From assembly GCA_046563655.1 (NCBI GenBank), contig CM102290.1, positions 5,332,001 through 5,396,000 on the forward strand: DNA of 64,000 nt, written 5' to 3'. The stretch's first letter is position 1, and the number at the start of each line of letters is the position of its first letter. The notes beneath the pieces are model-generated. The model did no database searches and was not told the origin of the DNA. It worked only from the letters and a program-made list of their open reading frames with translations. The position numbers were made by a program, and so were the translations under genes. This DNA comes from Yuukianura sp. NJ FZ-2021 (taxonomy: Eukaryota). This document shows positions 12,151-25,734 of this stretch, in pieces.

Positions 12151-12514
12151 TGGTGGGACTAAGGTTGCAAAATTAGTCAAACGTTTCCCGCGCTTAAAAA
12201 AAAGTTTAAATTAGTTTAGCGCTTTAAAGCAAAGTTCGGGAAAATAATTTTAGGTTAGTAACTTCTATTCCGGTGAAATTGCAGTGCAAACCAATTAAGG
12301 ACAGTTTTGTTGCAGTAACAAGTAACGTGTAGTAAGGTGTAAGTAACTGAAAAGAGGCAGTTTTGTCGCAATGAAAGTCAATTGCAGCAAAAACAATTTC
12401 TGCAATTGACTGCGGCAAAAAAAAAAATTCAAAATTCGACTGTTTCAACATTTTTTTTTCTAATTTATTTACTGGCGGGAAATTTGGAATAATTTGGCAA
12501 CCGATGTCCCCTCA
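12151..12514. mobile_element. Degenerate MITE with ~40-bp imperfect TIRs and TA flanks
   Basis: Left TA|TGGTGGGACTAAGGTTGCAAAATTAGTCAAACGTTTCCCGC versus reverse complement of the right end TA|TGAGGGGACATCGGTTGCCAAATTATTCCAAATTTCCCGC. Confidence 0.6.
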
Positions 12515-15500
12515 TACTCATGTTCCAAAAGCAGCATTTTCCCATTATCCACAATCTTGTGTTATTTTGGTTCTTGAGTTTGCGCGGGCGGGAGTTTGAA
12601 ATTCATGGTTTAACCTTTTTTTGAGTGGTGGTGGGCCTTTGTTAAGGTGCTCAAGTGGTCGGCAACCAGTTGAACATAGTAGTCGAACGACCTTTCTCCA
12701 AGGAACTGGCATAGCCATTTCTTCAATTCACAGGCACGATTCCATGTTCCTAAAAAAGTGAAAGAAGCTTAAGTGTGAATGATCTTCTCAAAAGTTCAAT
12801 TTTTGTTTCGGCAAAAAGGATTTTTGGGAAATTCAAACCATATGACAATTTGAGTTGCAACAAAGTGCAAGAGTTTGCATGGAGGTGAAAGCACTTTTAT
12901 TTTTAGATTCCCTCTTCCTGTGAGCTTTAATAGAAAACACACGGGGGACCACCAAAAAAATGTTTTGCAGGGAAGGATTGGAACTGGCTTAAAACGTCGT
13001 AAAAATTGAAAAGGAAGAAGAATTTTTCTTTCTAAAAAATTAGACAAAAAGAAATTATTTTTTTTCGGGATCCGATCAGTTTGAATTTTTTTTTTGGTCA
13101 TTTCACATTTTATAACAATAAGTTTGGAAGCTGTTTGGCACAAAAAAAAATTCAGTTTTTTTTTTGCGGAAAACTGTTGGAAGTGGCAGATTTTTTGTGT
13201 AGTATAACTTTTCCGGAACTTTTTTTTTTGTTGTAAGACTTTCTCCTAGGCTTTGTGTTGAAGAAGAGGGAGAAAGGTTTGAAATTTAATTTGGTGCACT
13301 TTTGGTGCTCGTGATGATTTCCACCTACTCATTTCCTCATTAGAATTTGAAACGCCCGCCTTTTGACACGTCTCTCCCCTGTCAGGGGGAACTCATCACT
13401 TTCACCACCTCTTCAACTGACCCCACTTCCGGAAAAAAAAACCTCTCCTAACGAGGACCTCTTGCAGGATACACTTTCAAAACTTTTACTTTTTCTCAAA
13501 AAATGAAAAAAAAAAACGAAACGAAAACTTTTCAGACTTTTTTTCTCCTTTCAAATTATCTTTTCAAGAAAAAAAAAGTTTTGCAGAAGAATTTAAATGA
13601 GAATCGGAGCAGTTGAAAAGTACGAGGCCTCACCTTCCTGCATAATGCACTTCTAAAAAGGAGAGCAAAAGTTTAGATTTTGTACAAAAACCTTGAAGCA
13701 TCTTTTTTTAAAAAAAAGTTTTACTGGGGGGTTTCATGTTCAGTACACATGACATAAAGTTATTCCTCATTTTTCTTTTGGTGAAAACTTGGTTCGTTTT
13801 TCCTAAAAATTTTTGTTCAAAAACTTGTTGCTTTTCTCTTCAAAATCCGTACTAAAGTTGTTCTAAACTTTTTTTAAAGGGGTTTTTTGAATTCCCTTCG
13901 GCCACTTTTTAAAATCCTCTGAACAGAAAATCCTGTGCCGAGTTGATCTGAAACTTGCTTGTACGATGCACAATTTTTGTTTTTTATCAGAATTTGCTAG
14001 AGAAAGGTCACGGAATGTGACTTTAGTCACTCCAAGGTCAATTTCCAGCAGAAGCGAGGAACTTTTTGTCTAAGAATGTTCGTTTTCCCGCCTTTTTTTA
14101 AATTGTGCTGGAGAAGTAGAGTGATGGGGAGATTAGGCGTGGAAGTTGCATAAGTGAGAGTGATTGTTGGAAATGGAAAGTGGCTTGATTTTGGGGTTTA
14201 TTCTTGAGGTTTTGTGTTGATTTCGTGTGCTGTTTGGCACCACAAATCCCCTTTTGGTGGAGAACTTAAGGAGGGGTGCGGAGTAAAAGCGAAACGAACC
14301 TCCTATGCAACTCAGAGGAGTTGATCATTTGAGAAGTTCAACGACCTCTACAGACTCCCAGAACACACAGATAACAGACTTCTCTCTTCCACCAACCATC
14401 TAAACAACTCAAATCCGCACTCGGACAAAGCTCAAATTTCAATTTTCAAAACATCACGATGAATTTTCAAATTAGTTCCCTCTAAAATACTTTTGTTTTT
14501 AATTTTAAGAGGAAAACGAAATTTTTGGAACTGAATTGTTGCGGATAAAAAGAGATTTTTTAAAGTGAATTGTTGCCAGGAAAGATTGAGCTGTCGTGAT
14601 TGGCTGCTGGAGTGAATGGAAGTTACTGATTGGTGGATGGGGTGCATGAGCGGAAGTGACCCTTAACAATTTGGCTAAAGAATTGGTAAGAGATGGACTA
14701 GGGAGAAATGGTTCCAAACTGGCTTTGAGACACGGCTCATATGCATACGTAACAACAACCAGAATCTCCTGTTTCACTTTTACCTTTTATGCACAACTTT
14801 TGTGTTTAGTGCTCAGTGCTTAGCATTTTTTACATCACCTTTGATCACTATTAAAGTTTTGTCTATTCGTGGATTAATTTCCAACAGGGATTTGGAGCTG
14901 TTGGTTTTTTTTTGTGCTTTAGTTGGACTAGGTGCGTGTGGAGTGAAAAAATTTAACGGTGTCTTTCTCTTCCTCGCGGCATCAACTCGCGGAGTTCCTT
15001 GACTCATAACGAAATGGCTGTGCGGCTCGCCATCTCTTTCTGCAAAAAAAAATACTGAGATCTTGTCTTAATTCTTACTGGAACATGAAAAAAAATGATT
15101 CCGAGATTTTTTGAGTGGTTTCTGAGGGGTTTTTTTGAAATTTTATTTTTTTTTGAAGTAATTGTTGTTGAGTAAGTTACGTTTGATTTTTGGAAAAAGC
15201 ATTGTCATGTGCTCCTTCGTTGAGTGCTAATGAGAATGAAGGTATCTCCTTCCTTCCGCCTCTCCCATTGCCACTTCCCTCTCGAATCCACGAGGGAACC
15301 TTGCAGAAATTTTGCAATGCCCATCAGTCAATGTGCACCACACGACTCCTTCCCTGCCTCAACTACTCCACTTATTCCCTCGCACCAGTCGTCAGTAGTG
15401 CTAGGACCACCACACACAGAACAACTAACCTCTCTGTCCCACCTCAAAGTAAGCATTCGTCAGTTGAGAGGGTGCAGGACAGGGTCAGTGAGTCCTGGAA

Positions 15501-15609
15501 GGGCCCTCCCTCCACAGCGGTCAAGGGCCCCCTTGTGGTCACAAGTTCTGGAAACAATAGGGCTGGCAACAGGAAAAGTTGAACTTGGCGTGGGTTCGGT
15601 TGAGGAGTG

Positions 15610-15950
15610 TCCCACCATGACCACAGTTTTTGGAATTTGAAGATTGACCGTGGTCCCACCATAGTTTTTGTGAGTAAAAGGCCCCACCATGGTTTTTGTG
15701 ACTAAGGATTGCCCTGAGACTCCACCATAGTTGTTGTTCTTGACGGTTCACACTCGTCCCGCCATAGTTTCTGTGCTTGAGAATGGACATGATGATTTTT
15801 GGAATTTGAAGATTGACTGGTCCCACCAAAGTTTTTGGAATTTGAGGATTGACATTGGTCCCACCATAGTGTTTGGAATTTGAGATTGGCATTGGTCCCA
15901 CCATAGTGTTTGGAATTTGAGATTGGCATTGGTCCCACCATAGTTTTGTG
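15610..15950. repeat. ~38-bp minisatellite with conserved CCACCATAGTT core
   Basis: About 9 units of GGTCCCACCATAGTKTTTGGAATTTGAGATTGRCATT; central units diverged, 3' units homogeneous. Confidence 0.85.
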
Positions 15951-18900
15951 CTAGTGAGTTGGAATTGGAGGGAGGGGGACTTTGTGACATTGGAGACCGT
16001 GTGAATAGAGTGGTGGATTGGGGAATTTGGGTGGTTGTGGTTGAGTTGTGGGTGGGAAGTGGGATCATTCGTTTGTGGTTGGAGGTGGATTAAGCCCCAC
16101 TTGGACCTCTGAGGTGAGTCTAAATTAACCAGAAGATTCTAATTCACACTTCCAATCTCAATTAAACACTAGCTCCAATCACTCTTCTTTCGGCTCATTC
16201 GTGGCATGGGAATTCGGTTTTTTGCCAAATCAGTCTATGAAATTAGAGGCTAGTGGTGTCGTAAATGAGTTGTGAGGATAGGATGTCAGGTAGATGACGA
16301 CGAAGTGACATGGTCCAGGTGACCAGTGGGGACTTTTGTGGATGTCAGAGGTCATTCTCATGGCAGTGCTTGTGAGTGGCCACTCTCATCTTCATAAAGT
16401 CAGGCTCACATAACTTAATCTAGGTGAGAAAAAAAAAGTCTGGACCAATTTCCGCTTTTTTTTGCAATTCAAAAGTTGTTACTTTCTTTGTGTTCGTTAT
16501 TGAGTTAATTCGAGCCGAATTTTACTTTGTTACTTTTACTTTTTTCTTTGGTTTTAATTTGACAACTTGTTTTCTGTTTTCTTTTTTTCTCAAATTTTAC
16601 AATTTAATGAATTTTTGTTTTGTCAAATTCACAATGTACGGAATTTTTCTGAATTTGCAATTTACCGAATTTTTTCCCAGTTTCCAATTAACGTTGCTTT
16701 TTTCTCAAATTTTGTAATAGAGTACCATATTTTTTTTATTTTTAAATTTACTTTCTTTTTCTTTATTTTTTTTCGTCAAATTTTAGAACTTAATTTACTT
16801 TCTTTTCTTCAAATGTTAAATAGAACTCACTTTGCTGTTTTTTTCTTCAAATTTTACAATTTTTATTTTTTTTTTGTGTAAAATATTAAAACTGGTGAAA
16901 AGTTGAGTAGTAATTTGGAGTGTTGAGTGGTGGGGAATAGTGTTGGGATGGTGCAGAGAGGCCTTGGGAGGGATGTGTGGTGGACCTTGAGTGGCGGAAT
17001 TGCCAAGGTGGCTCTGGATCCACCTCATCCTCAAGTGGTATCTCGTGACCTTGGTCTTATTAGGCCCACCAAGGGCACTTCCAGACTCAACCTGCACATC
17101 GCCATGATAAAGTCAATGCCAATTGCGGGACAATGGGACGGAGGCCACAGGTCACAGTTTCATGTTACAGCTCAAATAGGAGGCCACTGGCCTTCAACTC
17201 AATTGTTTTACACTTGATAAGGATTATTCCACACAACAATCCATTCGTCAGCGGAATCCACTCCATTTTACCATCCAAACCTCTGCGTCTGGACAGTGGA
17301 TGATGTGCCCAAATTAGGTCAATCTCTGTGTGGACCAAGAGTCTGCACAGTCGCATGACACATGACAGGACCATCAACGGACTCCAACATCAAAACATCC
17401 ATTCATCCTTCTCTGCACTAACACTCTTCCTTTCATCCGACGCCTCTTTAAACTCTCACTTTTCTCATTATGACCTTAGTTTTTCCAAAAATTAACTTTT
17501 CATCTGTACTCAAAAGTTCTGTTTTCCTAAAATTTTGGGCTTTCAGTTTTTCGGGAAGCCTAAAAGCTTTTTGCAAAAACTTCCATTTTCGGTGAAAAGT
17601 CTTGAGTTTTTGTTACCTAACCTGGAACTTGGGTTTCAGTTTGTTTGTAAAACTTTGGGGTTGAGTTTCTTTTTAATATTATATTATATTTTATAACATA
17701 TAAAATATCATATAGATGTTAGGATTATGTTGTTAGTGAGTTCTCTGGAACAATTACATTTTATGTCTTTGCATAGAGAAAAGTGAAATGTTTACATGAT
17801 TTGTGAGTTGGAAATTCCCTTTGTCCGTTGCCACTGGAATTAAATAGGGTTAGGGTGAGTTAGGCCCTGGACAAGACATGGTACTTGGTCGTAATTGGAG
17901 TGGTTAAGGATGGATTGTGGTCCTCAATTACAGTTGCAACTGCACTCTCTGCACTAAGAGGCCTCTTGAATCATTGAGTGGTCACAAGAGGAAGTCCAAA
18001 ACCTGGATAAATAATGGACATTCTGGACAAGGGGTAATCATCCTCATTCTGATCAATCATCCCCATGACAACCCTCTTCTGAGGTTCCCTTTGCTCAGAG
18101 TGATTTCTGTCATGGGCTAAGTACGGGTCAAAGGAGACAGTCTGTGACGCTTTAGCCAATTTTGGACACTGCGAACTCACTTTGGATCCACCCAAAGTGC
18201 CACTCAACCTCTCACTTGTCCACCCTCTTCTGTGTACAAAGTCACACGTTTCTGGCAGTGTTTCTACTCAATTTAGTTTGTTTAATTAATTTGATTTTGA
18301 TTCGTTAATTAATTCGTTGTTAAGATATTTGTGTCGAGTGGGACAGGGTGAAAGTGAAGGTGAAAGTGGGGAGCTGGACAAAGGTTTTCCCTTCCGCCTA
18401 ACCTTGGCCAACTTCTTTTTGAATGAAAATTTTAAATTCTAACTCCAGAATGTCCAAATAATGACAACCTAACGTAAACTAAACTGCAGCCTAACCTTAT
18501 CGTCATAAAAGTTAGGTTATGTTTTGGAAATGGCAGGGTTTTATATCGTTGGTCAAAGGAGCAACAGGAAGGTTTTTCGAATTAAATGGAACCGAGTTTC
18601 CCAAAGTCTCCGCCTCTCTGACCACGATAATTCCACTTTTTAAAAATTTAAAAACTCCCGCCAACTTCCCTGTCCATTCTAAAGACTACAAAAAACCGTC
18701 CCAGAACCAGATCATTCACCCAGCAAAAAGTTATCCACTGCAAATCAATATCATCCCCACCCATGCACCTTCCCCCCTAAACTAATTTTATACTTTTCCT
18801 TCTTTTTTAAAAACTGGTTTTGAAAAGAGTTGAACAGGGGAGGTGTAGATTCGTTGTAGTTTTGTAATTTCCAATTCATTTTCAAATTTTCAATTTTGAA

Positions 18901-20469
18901 ATGCTATGTTGCATGTGTTGAACGAAATGAGTGACGCAGAGAGTAGGGGAACAAAATAGAGTATTAGTAGTGACGCCAATTTTAGATTCAGCATGTTGGA
19001 TTCCGGGAGGCGACGGAACTCATTTTTTTTTAACTCAAATGATTCTTGATTTTTTACTCTTTTTTTTTGAAAGTTTTTTGAAAAAGGTTTTTTGAAAGTT
19101 AAGCTAATCATACCTCTGTATTGTTTTTGAATTGTCAATTTTTATTGTGTGAATGGAATCATGTATGTCTTTTATGGAAATCGGACTATGTTTTGTAAAA
19201 TTTATTGATCTTTGAACGGAGAAAACGGAGGATTTATGGCGCCAGGGATTTTTCAAAGTTCTGCTCCTCAACAACGTCTTTGCTTTACAAAAAAGAATTT
19301 GAATGAGTTAAAGTTTTAAAGTTTACAAAAAAAGTGTTGACGCCGCCATTTTTAAATGGTGTTTAGACATAATTGATGTGGGGACTTTTTGAGACAAAGC
19401 AAAAAGGGGGAACTTAACGGAAAGAAAAAGAAAGTTTGTGTTTGTGGAGACTTAAAAATTCCAAGGAGGAAATCCATACCAACTCTTGCCCCCCTCCCCC
19501 TCTACCCATTACGTTTTCATTCCAATCCACCAGATTAACTCACCTTTTGCAACATTTTGGCAGCTCAAATGACCAACCACTTCAACTCATACGTAATTAC
19601 TCTCCTATAGGATCAAAAAAGGCACTTTCATTTTCAAAAAGTTAAATAATTTCCCGCGAAACTTGTTTTGTTGGCGTAACTTTTCGTTTTTTTTTTGAAA
19701 ACGTTGAATTTGTCGACACTTTTCGTCCAAAACGTTCATTTTTCGACACTTTTTGTCTTTTTGGTCTAAAACGTTAAATTTTTCGAGATTTTTCTTTTCT
19801 TTTTTTATGGTTCTAAACTTTGAGTTTTTCGAGATAAATGGATGTTCTTGGGAACAAAATGTTTTTTTGTAGGTTGAAGTGAAGAATTTGAGTATTTTGA
19901 AAATCTGTTTAACAATGTAACTGTATTGATTTTTTTGTTGTTGGAATTGAGCATGCGTAGGTTGTACTTCGTGACTTTGCGATTGTGCTGTCAGGGTTTG
20001 AGTATTTAGCATTGAGAGGCGGAAAGGCAAGGTTTGGCAGTGGCAATGGTGTGACCAAGGCTCCACTCTTACAACAATGGACTCGGACAAATTGAACAAT
20101 GTGCAGATTCCAATCTGACCACAAGCAATTCCCCCATTGTCCCCCGCCCCCTCGGAACCCCCTTGGAAGGGGGCTGTAGAGTGGCTGTATTTGTGGGCAT
20201 GACGTCGCTCAGTTGGCCAAGGATGGAGTGAGACTGCTCGAGGGAAGGAGAGATGTTTGTGGAGAGAAGTGTAAGGTCATTGAGTAGTATTGAAGGTCAC
20301 TGCTCTTTTTCATCTCAACTTCCTTCTACTAATGACCTAGTCAGAGCTACACACTCTCACTACCACAACAACTAGTCTTTCAGGCACCCTACATATGCAA
20401 CTGGGCAACTGTACACTCACAATGGCTCCTCTGTCCAAATAACCTCCAACTAAGAGGAGGTTTTTTGGC

Positions 20470-20820
20470 TGGTATGATTCCTGACGCTTTTTGGTTCCTA
20501 TGATTTTGGACGCTTTTTGATTCGCATGAATCGTGGAATTTTGGAACCTTTTAGATTCGCATGAATCGTAGGATTTGGGAGGCTTTTCATTCGTATGATT
20601 GTGAATGTTTTTTAATTCGTTGTTGAGGCTTTTGGTTCGTAGGATTGTTGAGGGTTTTTGATTCGTATTATTGTTGAGGTTTTTTGATTAGTATGATTGG
20701 AGGCTTTTTGATTCGTATGATTGTAGAGGCTTTTTAATTCGTTGTGGAGGGCTTTTGCTTCGTTGTAGAGGGCTTTTGCTTCGTCTGATTGTGGATTTTT
20801 TTTGACTCGTATGATGGTGG
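20470..20820. repeat. Degenerate ~25-bp minisatellite
   Basis: Recurrent TTTTGATTCGTATGATTGT(A/T)GAGGC-like units. Confidence 0.75.
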
Positions 20821-23800
20821 GGAATAATACAAAGTATTGTAAGTTGGAAGGACCTTGGAGGGTCCTTGGAGCTCCTTACTCACAAGTCCTTAATTCAGCA
20901 GAATCCCAATGAGGAAATGGTTTGTGCAACAGGATTCCTCGAGTGGCCTCAACCTTTGATTCTGTGGGTTGGGCCCTTTCCCACAGACTTGGCCCAAAAC
21001 CAACACAGTTGAGCACAGTGGCTGGACACATACTCCAAGTCGGAAGTGAATGGCCAATGTCTTTGCCTTGGTTTTTGGACTGCTAATTGAGTAGCATTAA
21101 TTGATGTTTCCCACTGTGAGGGAACAAAGTGTCTGTTACCACAGTGGTTCCTTCCGACACTGGTCACTGTGCATGGCGACATGGTGATGAGCAGAGGCGG
21201 AAGCAATTGGCATCACCTCCAACGAAGGTCGCTCCTTGGCCTTCCCACCAACAATCAACTCACTTACAAGATCAAATCTCTTTCAACTCTTTTCCAAACT
21301 CCTCTTCCTAAAAGTTTAAAGTTGTTCCGGAATTTGAACTAGGTCATCAACTTAGGAGTTCCATTGGGGAAGGAGTGAATGAGAACATTTCCCGTAAATG
21401 TTTAGCACAATTTAGGAAGTGGGCATGAGTGTCGGGCGCGTGAGAAGCAACTGAGGATGGACATAGATTTGCGCATGCCTCTGGGGACGCTGGTCCGCTT
21501 TAAGCCCTTAAGGACCAACCACGCACTCGGAATACTACTTTTGTGGCTCTTGCAAATTGTTTTTTTTTTTTTTTGCTGTTTTTGCTTTAGAAGCAATAAA
21601 GCAAGCAGTGGTTTTACTTTAGAAGCAAAAAAGGAAGGACTGGTTTGCATGTTTGCTGTTTACAGAAATTTAAATAAATATCTATTAATTTACATCACAT
21701 TTCCCTTATAGCAAAAAATGAAACCTTTTGCAACAAAAAAAAAAACAAAAACAGGGATACATTTAAAGCAAAAAGTAAAGTAAAAATTTGTCTTTTTATC
21801 AAAAAAAAAAAAAAAAAAAACTAATAGTTTCAACACGTAAAAAGAATAATTATTTGAATTACAACGGTCACCGGCCATTTATATTTTGTTTTTGTTTTTT
21901 TTGGGTTATTGAGTCAATTTTGAAAAAAAAAAGAAGCATGGATAAGTTTTTTCGCTTGATTTCAGTTATTTGTTTCAACTTACGGTACTTTTTTTTCATA
22001 CAAAAGTTAGAAGTGTGCCACATTGACTGTGACTCTGAAGATTTCTTTGTTACTGCCGTGGTACGATGTCGTTTAATTGGAGTGTTGTTGTGGCTGCAGA
22101 TAGTTGCACAATTGGTGACATTTGTTTGTGCACTTTTGGATTTGTGCATGTTTGCATAACTTGGGGCTTTCTAGTTGGCTGGAAGTGGATTTGAGGAAAA
22201 GTGGTTCACTTTCCATTTTGAGGGAATCGACAGTGGAACAATGGAGACAGGGGTCAATGAAACGAACACTCCATTGTTACGCCTTGGGATTTACCTCAGA
22301 ATTACACAAACGAGTTCTCTCTTTATGTCACACCCTGTATGCACTACCTACCATACCCTAAACCCACAAATACACCCCCGGCCACTTATTCTGTCCTCCA
22401 CCTTTCAAGGAGGGGTACTGAACGGGTACTATTTGAAGATTTACGGTATGCAGTACATTGCACCTAGAGTACCGTAAGTCTCCTAATAGAACCACCGGGA
22501 CAATTCCTTGGTGTACTTTTGAAGGGATTGTTTGGGAGTGAGGTACTATTTGGAAATTTGGGGTATAAGGATGGCTTGTGCGAAGCTTGAAGGTGAAGAA
22601 TGGGTTCTAAAGTTAATCGAATCTGAGTGGCATTGTTTGGGAGTAACTGCGTCAAGTGCACACTTGAATCGTCACTACCATTCTGTAATTTTGCTGTAAT
22701 TGTGCCATTGTGGACGAAGTGAGGCTGTTGTTTTGAGACAGGAGCTGTGGATTTGTCTGGAGCTGTGGGTGCGAGGTGTGAAGTCATAAGTGGGTGACTG
22801 GGTGAATGGAGATGTGTAGGTTAGGGTTACTGTGTCAGGGTCACTCCAGCCACTTCCAACCAGAATCCATTATCTCCTCTCGCAGCCATCACACTCATTA
22901 CCATCTCAATAACAAACCCAACTCCCTTCTCAACTAACAAAAATAGGCACCAAATCCTCCTCACATCTTAGGAGAAACAACAGCGTCTTTGTCTTCGGTT
23001 TTCTTCAAATTCTGCCCATTTCCTCTTTTCTACATCCCATTACATAAATGGAATTAAATATGAATATAAATGTACCTAAATATAAATACAAATATAGTGT
23101 AAATGCCAAAAACAGTGAAATATGAGCGTAAGTGGTCGGTAGATTGCACAACTCATGTTGGATGTTGGAAGCTGATCGGTCAATTCCCCATCAGGCTACG
23201 ATCAGAGATCGACTTGGATTGGGCGCCTCGAGACGATTTGGGCGCCCCGGCATAGACTGTTGGATAAGGCGCCAAGCACAAGATGGGCAAAGTACTGGTT
23301 TTCGAAAGTTGTTTGCATCATGTTGCTGACTGACCTTCCTTAACTTTGGGGGGGGGGGGAGGTGGGAATGTTGCTGATTGGGGGCGGGGGGCTGGGAATG
23401 TTGGTGATAGGGTGGTGCTGGAAGAGGTGGCTTAATTGATTTGTTGACTATAATGGGACACTGTGATGTCCATGAATGCGGTCCTTGGATACTTCTGTTC
23501 CTGTTGAGCCACATGAATAACAAAGGATGCTAAGTGACATGGAGGTCACCCACTCCGGTCCACGCAGACTCACCAACTACGTCATTCCCGGAAGTCACAT
23601 GACACACTGTTGCATCTTAAATGTATTCATGGGAACCATAAGCTGTTGTAACATTGACTAACTTTTACAACAGAGTCCTCCTTGACCATGCAAATTTCAG
23701 GGCCTCCAGGAACATTCTTCTTCCTCAATTTCACAAACTACGGTTGGCCAATGCAAGCATTTGATGGACCACATTTTTTTTTCATGTCGTCACCCTAGGT

Positions 23801-24452
23801 GTTTAAACGTTAAAAAGAAGGAACCTTTGTGTGGTGTATAACTTTGTTATTGTTTTGTGGATGGCGTGTGATTTTTTGGCATAATAGTGAGTTACACCAG
23901 TCTCATGATTATCTGATTGATGATTATGCCACAATGAGGAATGTGAAGAGTGTGAAAGTGACTAATTAAAGGATTTCATGCACCGTCGAAAGTGGAATCT
24001 GCCTGTGGATTGTGGATTATGGAATGTGGATTTTTAGTGTTCACCCCCCACCTCTGCCTCCCTGCCGGTGAAAAGTGTCCAGAGTAGAAAAAAGAGCGGG
24101 AATTGAGTAGTGTTTGTGCGTGTAGTGGAGGGGTGTTGAAGTGGCGTAATCAGTGGAGTGTGTCTGTGTGTGGAGTTGCCCAGCTGAAAAGGAAAGTTGG
24201 TGTCAATGATTCCTGAGAGCACAAGTTGTAGTGGTTGTTGGCACGGTGTGGCATTTGGGGCGGAATTGGCCACACTGGGTCAACGACCCCACCGGCTTTT
24301 CCACTCACCCCCTCATTCTCACGCCCCACCACCCACTCTCTTCACCCTCCCCCTCCCCCCTTCAGTTTGTGGGGAATTTAGACTATAGAAGGTGACCTTT
24401 CACAAGGACTAACAACTTATCCTGGTGGGAAAGTGTGGAGAAAGGAAGCCAC

Positions 24453-24838
24453 CAGGGTTCCGAGGTGCTTTAAAGCAGAGGTGTACTTTTTTGCTTGCTT
24501 TTTTTTGCTTTAAAAGCAAAAGAACAAGGAGCAGGCAGCCATTTTCACGTTTGCTGTTTTTAATGATTTGCTGTTTTTCAAAGATCAATTAATAAACTTT
24601 TTTATGACAAATTCTACGTTTTCTGAGGTAAAACGGTCATAAACCAAATTTAGTTACGTTATCTAACAACTACAACGTTATTTTGACGTATAATGCGTTA
24701 AGTCCAAGTTAATCAATTTCGGCCGCATTCCTTGCAGTAGCATTTACAGCACCTTTTTGCTTTTAAGGTATAAAAAACAAAAAAAAAAGCTATTAAAGCA
24801 GAAAGCGACTTTAAAAAAGCGCTTTTTACGGAACACTG
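24453..24838. mobile_element. hAT-type MITE (386 bp) with 8-bp target-site duplication
   Basis: Termini CAGGGTTCCG ... CGGAACACTG (9/10 inverted match). Flanks GAAGCCAC (24445-24452) and GAAGCAAC (24839-24846) match 7/8. Confidence 0.75.
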
Positions 24839-25734
24839 GAAGCAACAGGTTTTTCCATCCCGTCTCACGGTGCCCCAACTTTTTTCACTATTTTTCGTAG
24901 GGGCTCATTTTTCTGGAATTTTGTTCTACTCCAAAAATTTCAAATTTTCTAACATCTAAAGACATTGTAGTACAATGGATTTTCTTGGGTTTGATTTTGC
25001 GAGTTTTTTCGTTCCGCAAAGCTGGGTGAAACTGATAGGCTTTTATTTGATTTAAAAAGTGTGGGAATTTTGGAGAAAAGCGGAAAATATTAGAAAAAAT
25101 ACAGGAATTCTGAAAAAAAGGCTTGAATTATGGAATTATGAAAATTAATATCTGGTTAGCGGGGATGCGGTTTTTAATTGAAAAGTGAAGCTGAAGGTGC
25201 AGCAGTGTTATTGGTTGAGGTCATGACTTAATTGGTGTTTTATGAAGATGGTTAACTGGACATAGTGGCTATGTTATGGATTATGTTAGGCTAGGTTATG
25301 CCTATGTTCACCTTTGTGGTGTGAGTGGTTTTGAGGTTAGTTGTAGTTGCAGAAAGTAATTGTTCAGTTTATGACTTGGTGATTCGGACGGAGACTTAAG
25401 TAGTTCAAGCGATCCGAATAATAGGCCTATCAAATCAACTCGCTCGGACCTATTAAACACTTCAACGAAACTCCATTTAGTAGAGCAATTAAGAACCAAT
25501 CAACCACCTCACAAAGTAACTGCAGTCCACTAACACAATCTGGGCACTCTTGTCGTCCGCTAATCCATAATTTGTGTTTTGTTTGTTGCAGGGCGGCGGT
25601 GTGTCTCGATGAGTCGGCAGAGCCTCCTGTCCTGCCCTCCCGTGACCTCTATCGTTGAAAGGTGAGAGGTCAAGGTGGATATCAAGATTGAGCCTTCTCT
25701 GTCCTCCAGGGCCTTCACAGACCCGGAGGACAAC

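Noticed and set aside
15610..15950. CRISPR array
   Set aside because: Eukaryotic intron, no cas genes, and the linkers are homologous to each other; it is a minisatellite.
5157..25500. Numerous 60-160-aa ORFs in the E74 5' introns
   Set aside because: Mostly non-ATG starts, low complexity, no recognisable domains; no transposase or reverse transcriptase seen.
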